Assembly (NCBI GenBank): GCA_965224465.1
Contig: OZ245049.1
Location: 2,250,001 to 2,282,000 of the forward strand
Length of the DNA stretch: 32,000 nucleotides
Direction of reading: 5' to 3'
Source of the DNA: Flavobacteriaceae bacterium
Lineage (GTDB): Bacteria; Bacteroidota; Bacteroidia; Flavobacteriales; Flavobacteriaceae
The notes below the pieces were generated by a model. That model searched no databases, was not told the origin of the DNA, and was given only the letters and a program-made list of their open reading frames with translations. Positions 1 through 11,400 of this stretch are shown one piece after another. Positions within the stretch are counted from its first letter, which is position 1, and each line of letters begins with the position of its first letter. A program made the position numbers and the translations under genes.

Positions 1-35
1 AGCAAACTTAAGGTATTTTTTAAACTAAACATGAA

Positions 36-1274
36 ATGAATAAAAAAATAATTGACGTCCTTGTCATAGGTGCAGGTCCTTCTGGCTGCGTGTCAGCATC
101 TTACCTTTCTAACCACAATATTAACGTAAAAATAATCGAAAAATCCATATTCCCTAGGTACGTCATAGGCGAAAGTTTACTCCCTAGATGTATGGATCAT
201 TTCGAAGAAGTCGGATTGCTTGAATGCCTCAAAAAAAGCAACTTTGAAATAAAAAACGGAGCAAGATTTATTAGAGGAAATGAAGTCTGTAATTTTGATT
301 TTTCAAATAAACATACAGATGGATGGGATTGGACTTGGCAAGTACCTAGAGATGAATTTGACAATGTACTGGCTCAAGAAACTATAAAAAAAGGGGTAGA
401 TATCTCTTTTGAAACTACGGTAGAGGATGTTGTTATTAAAGACACCTACTCAGAAGTAACCATCTGTGATAAAAATGGATTAAAATCAACTATTTACACT
501 AAGTTTATTATCGATTCTAGTGGATATGGCCGTGTTCTTCCAAGAATATTAGACTTAGAAAAAGATTCTGAACTGCCAAAGCACGCATCTATTTTTACAC
601 AAGTTAAAGATATTAATAGACCTCCTGGTAAAGAAGGAACCATGATTACCTTTGATGTTTTAGAAACGCAAGTGTGGCTTTGGGTGATCCCTTTCTCTAA
701 TGGAAACACAAGCATTGGCTTTGTCGGCCCTACATCATTTATAAATTCATTTAAAGGATCACCTTCTGAAATTATTGAACAGATGCTCGACTTATCTGCT
801 TATTACAAAAACAGGTTCAAAGGAGTAACACATCTTTTCACTCCTATTTTAATAGAAAACTTCTCGAAATCTGTAAAACAACTATACGGAAAAGGGTATG
901 CCTTAACAGGAAATAGTTCAGAATTTTTAGATCCCGTATTCTCCTCTGGCGTTGCTTTTGCAACTGAATCAGGATTATTAGCAGCAAAATTAGCACTTAA
1001 AGAACTAAACGGACAACCTGTTGATTGGGAAAACGAATACGCAAAATATATAAGTAAAGGAGTCGCTGTTTTTAAATCATATGTGGAAGAGTGGTATTCT
1101 GGAAACCTACAAGAGTTGTTCTTTTTCCAACCAGAAAACAAAGATATTAAGAAAAAAATATGTGCTGTACTAGCTGGATATGTTTGGGATGAGACCAATC
1201 CATTTGTCACAAAACACAAGCGTATTATTAGTAATGTTGCTCATCTTATAAAATCTGACGCCCCCACCATTTAG
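36..1274 (+). CDS. FAD-dependent oxidoreductase, flavin-dependent halogenase-like
   Basis: 412-aa ORF. Has an N-terminal dinucleotide-binding motif VIGAGPSG, then IGESLLP, WLWVIP (matches the WxWxIP signature of flavin-dependent halogenases) and FLDPVFSSG. The catalytic lysine could not be verified by eye, so halogenase activity itself is not claimed. Confidence 0.7.
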   Translation: MNKKIIDVLVIGAGPSGCVSASYLSNHNINVKIIEKSIFPRYVIGESLLPRCMDHFEEVGLLECLKKSNFEIKNGARFIRGNEVCNFDFSNKHTDGWDWTWQVPRDEFDNVLAQETIKKGVDISFETTVEDVVIKDTYSEVTICDKNGLKSTIYTKFIIDSSGYGRVLPRILDLEKDSELPKHASIFTQVKDINRPPGKEGTMITFDVLETQVWLWVIPFSNGNTSIGFVGPTSFINSFKGSPSEIIEQMLDLSAYYKNRFKGVTHLFTPILIENFSKSVKQLYGKGYALTGNSSEFLDPVFSSGVAFATESGLLAAKLALKELNGQPVDWENEYAKYISKGVAVFKSYVEEWYSGNLQELFFFQPENKDIKKKICAVLAGYVWDETNPFVTKHKRIISNVAHLIKSDAPTI

Positions 1275-1423
1275 TTTATGACGATCACAATTGAACGCAT
1301 ATTAGCAAAGGTATATTCTACTTTTAATATCGGTGTTCTTTTTATAAAAAAAAGAGAGGTTTCTAAATTGGTTCTTTATTGCCAATCTTAACTCCCTTTT
1401 ATTTATAAAATTTAAATACTTTT

Positions 1424-1470
1424 AAAACAGTATAAAACCCAAGGGTACTCCTTTCTTTTTATACTGTTTT
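1424..1470 (+). terminator. Long A/T-rich hairpin about 150 nt downstream of the oxidoreductase gene (possible terminator)
   Basis: Perfect 14-bp inverted repeat aaaacagtataaaa (1424-1437) / ttttatactgtttt (1457-1470) with a 19-nt loop. The loop (cccaagggtactcc) resembles the 5' part of the family-1 intergenic element. The large loop and AT-only stem are atypical for an intrinsic terminator. Confidence 0.3.
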
Positions 1471-1721
1471 CTCTAATTAATATCAAATAATACCCTTATA
1501 GTTAAGGAGGAATTTCTATTCATTGATTACAGATAGACTATCCACAAAACAGTACTGTTTTTTACTCATTCTCTTTTTCTTTAGTAAATCGATATGATCT
1601 CCGAATAGTAAAAAAGGTTAATTCTACCTGTTTTTTTCTGATTTCAAGGTGCTTTTATGGACTAAAAACAACATGGCTAAAAAGGCAATCCTGTTTTTTA
1701 AAAATCAGAAACTGATACCTA

Positions 1722-1824
1722 AATCAACAGCATCGACCCTAGGGCACGAGGCATACTCCCGAAATACTCTTTTCTATTTTGAGGCAACCCCTTCTGAATT
1801 TAAATCCTCAATGAGGGATTAAAA
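1722..1824 (+). repeat. Intergenic repeat family 1, copy A (upstream of giant gene)
   Basis: The 82-nt core 1743-1824 (ggcacgaggcatactcccgaaa...gagggattaaaa) aligns without gaps to 15018-15099 with 62/82 identities (hand alignment). The shared atcaaca...ccct lead-in extends the match about 20 nt upstream. Confidence 0.7.
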
Positions 1825-2394
1825 ACACAAATACCTTTAAATTAAGCTGTTAGTTTCCTTTTTTTTTATTAAATTTAGACGAATAAAAAATACTTTTATA
1901 GGATTATAGCCCGCGTATTTTTATTTTTAAATAATATTGAAAAAACATAGACTCAATTTTAAGTAGTCTTTCTGAAATTATTTTCAAGAAAATTACAAAC
2001 ACATATCTATTGAATTAAAAAGCAATCGGTAAATATCTTACCCCATTTTGAATTGATTCTTATCCTAAAAGACGCAATAAAAAATTACACATACTCTATT
2101 TTTGATGTCGTTGTTTTTTAAATGATACGTATCAGAAAGTTCTCCCCTTATTTTACATATAAGAAGTTACAGTAAAACAGCACATAGCATCCTTATGGGC
2201 CTAAGGTGAAATCTGATTTTTATTAACAGGATAAATTCAAAAAAAATGACATTAAAAGTTTCGCTAAAAAAGAAAAAATATTCAATAGCACAGGCAGTAT
2301 CAACATGTAAAAAGGTGATTTTAAAACTGATACAGGGTCTAATTATATAAGAACAATTGAATTAAAAAACGTCTATCACATAATTAAATTTAAC

Positions 2395-2448
2395 ATGAAA
2401 AAAGAACTACTTATTTTATTCCTCTTATTTCTAAACACAGCCTATTCA
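2395..2448 (+). other. Signal peptide of giant protein (SPase I type)
   Basis: MKKELLILFLLFLNTAYS/QIK: charged N-region, hydrophobic core, small residues at -3/-1. No Cys, so it is not a lipoprotein. Confidence 0.7.
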
Positions 2449-5400
2449 CAAATAAAAATAGGAAATGACCCAGAAATTATAGATGGAAATTCGTTGTTAG
2501 AGCTTAAAAGTAAAGAAAAGGTTTTTGTATTGACAAGAATCAATACTTATCAAATGAATTTGATATCACCTTTGGAAGGCGCTATCATCTATAATACAGA
2601 TTTTCAATGTATCTTTCAATACAACGGGATCTTATGGGAAAACTTATGCGATAGCAGCTCTGACAATCAGACACTTAATTTTGATCCTATAACAAATATA
2701 CTAACTTTAGAAAACGGAGGAACTGTAGACCTCTCTAGCTTTTCTTCTACAGACAGTCAAAACTTAACATTAATTGAAAACACCCTTATTTTAGAAAATG
2801 GAGGAATTGTAGACCTATCTAAATACCTAGACAATACAGACGACCAATATTTTACAGATTTTTCTGTTTCTGGAACTACATTAACCATCTCTTTAGAAAA
2901 TGGAGGAACTAAACATGTAGATCTATCTGCCTTTGAAGAATCTACTGAAATAGCCACCAATCTAGAAAAAATCACTACAAACGCAAGTGATATTACTGCC
3001 ATAGAAACTGAGCAAACAACACAGAACACAAACATTGCGGCAAATGCAAGTGACATTGACGCCCTAGAAACTGAGCAAACTACTCAAAACACAAATATTG
3101 CAGCAAATACAAGTGACATTGATGCCCTAGAAACTGAGCAAACTACTCAGAATACAAATATTGCAGCAAACACTTCTAACATCTCAACAAATACCACAAA
3201 CATCACCACAAATACGAGTGACATTTCTGCTATAGAAATTGAGCAAACAACACAGAACACAAACATTGCGGCAAATGCAAGTGACATTGACGCCTTAGAA
3301 ACCGAGCAAACTACCCAAAACACAAATATTGCGGCAAATACCACAAACATTGCTACAAATGCAAGTGACATTGACGTCATAGAAACTGAGCAAACTACTC
3401 AGAACACAAATATTGCAGCAAATACCACAAACATCACCACAAACTCAAGTGACATTGATGCCTTAGAAACTGAGCAAACTACTCAGAACACAAATATTGC
3501 AGCAAACACCACAAACATCACCACAAATGCAAGCGATATTGATGCTATAGAAACCGTACAAACTACTCAAAACACAAACATCACTACAAACGCAAGTGAC
3601 ATTGATGCCCTAGAAACTGAACAAACTACTCAGAACACAAATATTGCAGCAAATACTTCCAATATCTCAACAAATACCACAAACATCACCACAAATGCGA
3701 GTGACATTGACGCCATAGAAACTGAGCAAACTACTCAAAACACAAATATTGCAGCAAATACATCTAACATCTCAACAAATGCAAGTGATATTACTGCCAT
3801 AGAAACTGAGCAAACTACTCAGAATACAAATATTGCAGCAAACACTTCCGACATCTCAACAAATACAAGTGACATTTCTGATATAGAAATTGAGCAAACT
3901 ACTCAAAATACAAACATCGCAGCGAATACAAGTGATATTTCTGATATAAAAACCGAGCAAACTACTCAGAATACAAATATTGCAGCAAACGCTTCCGACA
4001 TCTCAACAAATACCACAAACATCACCACAAATGCGAGTGACATTTCTGCTATAGAAACTGAGCAAACAACGCAGAACACAAACATAGCAGCAAATACAAG
4101 TGACATTGATGCCCTAGAAACTGAGCAAACTACTCAAAATACTAATATTGCAGCAAACACTTCCAATATCTCAACAAATACCACAAACATCACCTCAAAT
4201 GCGAGTGACATTGACGCCATAGAAACTAAGCAAACTACTCAAAATACTAATATTGCTGCAAATACAACAAACATCACTACAAATGCGAGTGACATTTCTG
4301 ATATAGAAATTGAGCAAACAACGCAGAATACAAACATCGCAGCAAATACAACAAACATCACTACAAACACAAGTGACATTTCTGATATAGAAACCGAGCA
4401 AACAACGCAGAACACAAACATTGCTGCAAATACAACAAACATCACTACAAACTCAAGTGACATTGATGCCCTAGAAACTGAGCAAACTACTCAGAACACG
4501 AACATTGCGGCAAACATTTCCGACATCTCAACAAATACCACAAACATCACCTCAAATGCGAGTGACATTGACGCCATAGAAACTGAACAAACAACGCAGA
4601 ACACAAACATAGCAGCAAATACAAGTGACATTGATGCCCTAGAAACTGAGCAAACTACTCAAAATACTAATATTGCAGCAAACACTTCCAATATCTCAAC
4701 AAATACCACAAACATCACCTCAAATGCGAGTGACATTGACGCCATAGAAACTGAGCAAACTACTCAAAATACTAATATTGCTGCAAATACAACAAACATC
4801 ACTACAAATGCGAGTGACATTTCTGATATAGAAATTGAGCAAACAACGCAGAATACAAACATCGCAGCAAATACAACAAACATCACTACAAACACAAGTG
4901 ACATTTCTGATATAGAAACCGAGCAAACAACGCAGAACACAAATATTGCAGCAAACACTTCTAACATCTCAACAAACGCAAGTGATATTACTGCTATAGA
5001 AACTGAGCAAACTACTCAGAACACAAATATTGCAGCAAACGCTTCCGACATCTCAACAAATACAACAAACATCACCACAAATGCGAGTGACATTGACGCC
5101 ATAGAAACTGAACAAACTACTCAAAACACAAACATCGCGGCAAACACAAATGATATTTCTGATATAAAAACCGAGCAAACTACTCAGAATACAAATATTG
5201 CAGCAAACACTTCTAACATCTCAACAAATACCACAAACATCACCTCAAATGCGAGTGACATTGACGCCATAGAAACTGAGCAAACTACTCAGAACACGAA
5301 CATTGCGGCAAATACAACAAACATCACTACAAATGCGAGTGACATTTCTGATATAGAAATTGAGCAAACAACGCAGAATACAAACATCGCAGCAAATACA

Positions 5401-8400
5401 ACAAACATCACTACAAACACAAGTGACATTTCTGATATAGAAACCGAGCAAACAACGCAGAACACAAACATTACTGCAAATACAACAAACATCACTACAA
5501 ACTCAAGTGACATTGATGCCCTAGAAACTGAGCAAACTACTCAGAACACGAACATTGCGGCAAACACTTCCGACATCTCAACAAATACCACAAACATCAC
5601 CTCAAATGCGAGTGACATTGACGCCATAGAAACTGAACAAACAACGCAGAACACAAACATAGCAGCAAATACAAGTGACATTGATGCCCTAGAAACTGAG
5701 CAAACTACTCAAAATACTAATATTGCAGCAAACACTTCCAATATCTCAACAAATACCACAAACATCACCTCAAATGCGAGTGACATTGACGCCATAGAAA
5801 CTGAGCAAACTACTCAAAATACTAATATTGCTGCAAATACAACAAACATCACTACAAATGCGAGTGACATTTCTGATATAGAAATTGAGCAAACAACGCA
5901 GAATACAAACATCGCAGCAAATACAACAAACATCACTACAAACACAAGTGACATTTCTGATATAGAAACCGAGCAAACAACGCAGAACACAAACATTGCT
6001 GCAAATACAACAAACATCACTACAAACTCAAGTGACATTGATGCCCTAGAAACTGAGCAAACTACTCAGAACACGAACATTGCGGCAAACACTTCCGACA
6101 TCTCAACAAATACCACAAACATCACCTCAAATGCGAGTGACATTGACGCCATAGAAACTGAACAAACAACGCAGAACACAAACATAGCAGCAAATACAAG
6201 TGACATTGATGCCCTAGAAACTGAGCAAACTACTCAAAATACTAATATTGCAGCAAACACTTCCAATATCTCAACAAATACCACAAACATCACCTCAAAT
6301 GCGAGTGACATTGACGCCATAGAAACTGAGCAAACTACTCAAAATACTAATATTGCTGCAAATACAACAAACATCACTACAAATGCGAGTGACATTTCTG
6401 ATATAGAAATTGAGCAAACAACGCAGAATACAAACATCGCAGCAAATACAACAAACATCACTACAAACACAAGTGACATTTCTGATATAGAAACCGAGCA
6501 AACAACGCAGAACACAAATATTGCAGCAAACACTTCTAACATCTCAACAAACGCAAGTGATATTACTGCTATAGAAACTGAGCAAACTACTCAGAACACA
6601 AATATTGCAGCAAACGCTTCCGACATCTCAACAAATACAACAAACATCACCACAAATGCGAGTGACATTGACGCCATAGAAACTGAACAAACTACTCAAA
6701 ACACAAACATCGCGGCAAACACAAATGATATTTCTGATATAAAAACCGAGCAAACTACTCAGAATACAAATATTGCAGCAAACACTTCTAACATCTCAAC
6801 AAATACCACAAACATCACCTCAAATGCGAGTGACATTGACGCCATAGAAACTGAGCAAACTACTCAGAACACGAACATTGCGGCAAACACTTCCGACATC
6901 TCAACAAATACCACAAACATCACCACAAATACGAGTGACATTGACGCCATAGAAACTGAGCAAACTACTCAAAACACAAATATTGCAGCAAATACTTCTA
7001 ACATCACCACAAATGCGAGTGACATTGATGACATAGAAACCGAGCAAACTACTCAGAACACGAACATTGCGGCAAACACTTCCGACATCTCAACAAATAC
7101 AACAAACATCACCACAAGTGCGAGTGACATTGACGCCATAGAAACTGAACAAACTACTCAAAACACAAACATCGCAACAAACACTTCCAGTATCTCAACA
7201 AATACCACAAACATCACTACAAACGCAAGTGATATTGATACCCTAGAAACTGAACAAACAACACAGAATACAAATATTGCAACAAACACTTCTAACATCA
7301 CCACAAATACAAGTAACATTGATGCCATAGAAACTGAGCAAACTACTCAAAACACAAACATTGCGGCAAACACTTCTAACATCTCAACAAATACAACAAA
7401 CATCACCACAAATGCGAGTGACATTTCTGCTATAGAAACTGAACAAACAACGCAGAATACAAACATCGCAACAAATGCAAGTGACATTGACACCATAGAA
7501 ACCGAGCAAACAACACAGAACACAAATATTGCGGCAAACACAACAAACATCACCACAAATGCAAGCGATATTGACGCCATAGAAACTGAGCAAACTACTC
7601 AAAACACAAATATTGCAGCAAACACTTCCGACATCTCAACAAATACAACAAACATCACTACAAACTCAAGTGACATTGACGCCATAGAAACTGAGCAAAC
7701 AACACAGAATACAAATATTGCAGCAAACACTTCTAACATCACCACAAATGCGAGTGACATTTCTGCTATAGAAACTGAACAAACTACTCAAAACACTAAT
7801 ATTATAGCAAACACTTCTAACATCTCAACAAATACCACAAACATCACCACAAATGCGAGTGACATTTCTGATATAGAAACCGAGCAAACTACTCAAAACA
7901 CTAATATTACAGCAAACACTTCCAATATCTCAACAAATACCACAAACATCACCTCAAATGCGAGTGACATTGACGCCATAGAAACTGAGCAAACTACTCA
8001 AAATACTAATATTGCTGCAAATACAACAAACATCACTACAAATGCGAGTGACATTTCTGATATAGAAATTGAGCAAACAACGCAGAATACAAACATCGCA
8101 GCAAATACAACAAACATCACTACAAACACAAGTGACATTTCTGATATAGAAACCGAGCAAACAACGCAGAACACAAATATTGCAGCAAACACTTCTAACA
8201 TCTCAACAAACGCAAGTGATATTACTGCTATAGAAACTGAGCAAACTACTCAGAACACAAATATTGCAGCAAACGCTTCCGACATCTCAACAAATACAAC
8301 AAACATCACCACAAATGCGAGTGACATTGATGCCATAGAAACTGAACAAACTACTCAAAACACAAACATCGCGGCAAACACAAATGATATTTCTGATATA

Positions 8401-11400
8401 AAAACCGAGCAAACTACTCAGAATACAAATATTGCAGCAAACACTTCTAACATCTCAACAAATACCACAAACATCACCTCAAATGCGAGTGACATTGACG
8501 CCATAGAAACTGAGCAAACTACTCAGAACACGAACATTGCGGCAAATACAACAAACATCACTACAAATGCGAGTGACATTTCTGATATAGAAATTGAGCA
8601 AACAACGCAGAATACAAACATCGCAGCAAATACAACAAACATCACTACAAACACAAGTGACATTTCTGATATAGAAACCGAGCAAACAACGCAGAACACA
8701 AATATTGCAGCAAACACTTCTAACATCTCAACAAACGCAAGTGATATTACTGCTATAGAAACTGAGCAAACTACTCAGAACACAAATATTGCAGCAAACG
8801 CTTCCGACATCTCAACAAATACAACAAACATCACCACAAATGCGAGTGACATTGACGCCATAGAAACTGAACAAACTACTCAAAACACAAACATCGCGGC
8901 AAACACAAATGATATTTCTGATATAAAAACCGAGCAAACTACTCAGAATACAAATATTGCAGCAAACACTTCTAACATCTCAACAAATACCACAAACATC
9001 ACCTCAAATGCGAGTGACATTGACGCCATAGAAACTGAGCAAACTACTCAGAACACGAACATTGCGGCAAACACAACAAACATCACTACAAACTCAAGTG
9101 ACATTGATGCCTTAGAAACTGAGCAAACAACGCAGAACACGAACATTGCGGCAAACACTTCCAACACCTCAACAAATACCACAAACATCACCACAAATGC
9201 GAGTGACATTTCTGCTATAGAAACTGAACAAACTACTCAGAACACAAACATCGCAACAAATGCAAGTGACATTGACACCATAGAAACTGAGCAAACAACG
9301 CAGAACACAAACATAGCAACAAATACAAGTGATATTACTGCCATAGAAACTGAGCAAACTACTCAAAATACTAATATTGCTGCAAATACAACAAACATCA
9401 CTACAAATGCGAGTGACATTTCTGATATAGAAATTGAGCAAACAACGCAGAATACAAACATCGCAGCAAATACAACAAACATCACTACAAACACAAGTGA
9501 CATTTCTGATATAGAAACCGAGCAAACAACGCAGAACACAAATATTGCAGCAAACACTTCTAACATCTCAACAAACGCAAGTGATATTACTGCTATAGAA
9601 ACTGAGCAAACTACTCAGAACACAAATATTGCAGCAAACGCTTCCGACATCTCAACAAATACAACAAACATCACCACAAATGCGAGTGACATTGACGCCA
9701 TAGAAACTGAACAAACTACTCAAAACACAAACATCGCGGCAAACACAAATGATATTTCTGATATAAAAACCGAGCAAACTACTCAGAATACAAATATTGC
9801 AGCAAACACTTCTAACATCTCAACAAATACCACAAACATCACCTCAAATGCGAGTGACATTGACGCCATAGAAACTGAGCAAACTACTCAGAACACGAAC
9901 ATTGCGGCAAATACAACAAACATCACTACAAATGCGAGTGACATTTCTGATATAGAAATTGAGCAAACAACGCAGAATACAAACATCGCAGCAAATACAA
10001 CAAACATCACTACAAACACAAGTGACATTTCTGATATAGAAACCGAGCAAACAACGCAGAACACAAATATTGCAGCAAACACTTCTAACATCTCAACAAA
10101 CGCAAGTGATATTACTGCTATAGAAACTGAGCAAACTACTCAGAACACAAATATTGCAGCAAACGCTTCCGACATCTCAACAAATACAACAAACATCACC
10201 ACAAATGCGAGTGACATTGACGCCATAGAAACTGAACAAACTACTCAAAACACAAACATCGCGGCAAACACAAATGATATTTCTGATATAAAAACCGAGC
10301 AAACTACGCAGAATACAAATATTGCAGCAAACACTTCTAACATCACCACAAATACAAGCGGTATTACAGCCATAGAAACTGAGCAAACAACGCAGAATAC
10401 AAACATCGCAGCAAACACTTCCAGTATCTCAACAAATACCACAAACATCACCACAAATACGGGTGACATTGACGCCATAGAAACTGAGCAGACTACTCAA
10501 AACACAAACATAGCAACAAATACAACAAACATCACTACAAACTCAAGTGACATTGACGCCATAGAAACTGAACAAACTACTCAAAACACAAATATTGCAG
10601 CAAATACAAGTGATATTTCTGATATAAAAACTGAGCAAACTACTCAGAACACGAACATTGCGGCAAACACTTCCGACATCTCAACAAATACCACAAACAT
10701 CACCACAAATACGAGTGACATTGACGCCATAGAAACCGAGCAAACTACTCAGAATACAAATATTGCAGCAAATACAACAAACATCACTACAAACTCAAGT
10801 GACATTGACGCCATAGAAACTGAACAAACTACTCAAAACACAAACATCGCGGCAAATACAAGTGATATTTCTGATATAAAAACCGAGCAAACTACTCAGA
10901 ATACAAATATTGCAGCAAACACTTCTAACATCTCAACAAATACCACAAACATCACTACAAACGCAAGTGATATTACAAATCTAGAAACTGAGCAAACTAC
11001 TCAAAACACAAATATTGCAGCAAATACTTCTAACATCACCACAAATGCGAGTGACATTGATGACATAGAAACTGAGCAAACAACACAGAATACAAATATT
11101 GCAACAAATACATCTAACATCACTACAAACGCAAGTGATATTACTGCTATAGAAACCGAGCAAACTACTCAGAACACGAACATTGCGGCAAACACTTCCG
11201 ACATCTCAACAAATACCACAAACATCACCACAAATACGAGTGACATTGACGCCATAGAAACTGAGCAAACAACGCAGAACACAAACATTGCTGCAAATAC
11301 AACAAACATCACTACAAACTCAAGTGACATTGATGCCCTACAAACTGAGCAAACTACTCAGAACACGAACATTGCGGCAAACACTTCCGACATCTCAACA

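Noticed and set aside
494-1219. Antisense ORFs 494-715 and 803-1219 within the oxidoreductase gene
   Set aside because: They lie fully inside a motif-supported sense CDS and have no recognisable features.
1278-1391. 37-codon ORF starting 4 nt after the oxidoreductase stop
   Set aside because: It is too short and has no recognisable motif, so it is not called as a gene. It may be a remnant of a displaced neighbouring gene and is mentioned under the leader-region finding.
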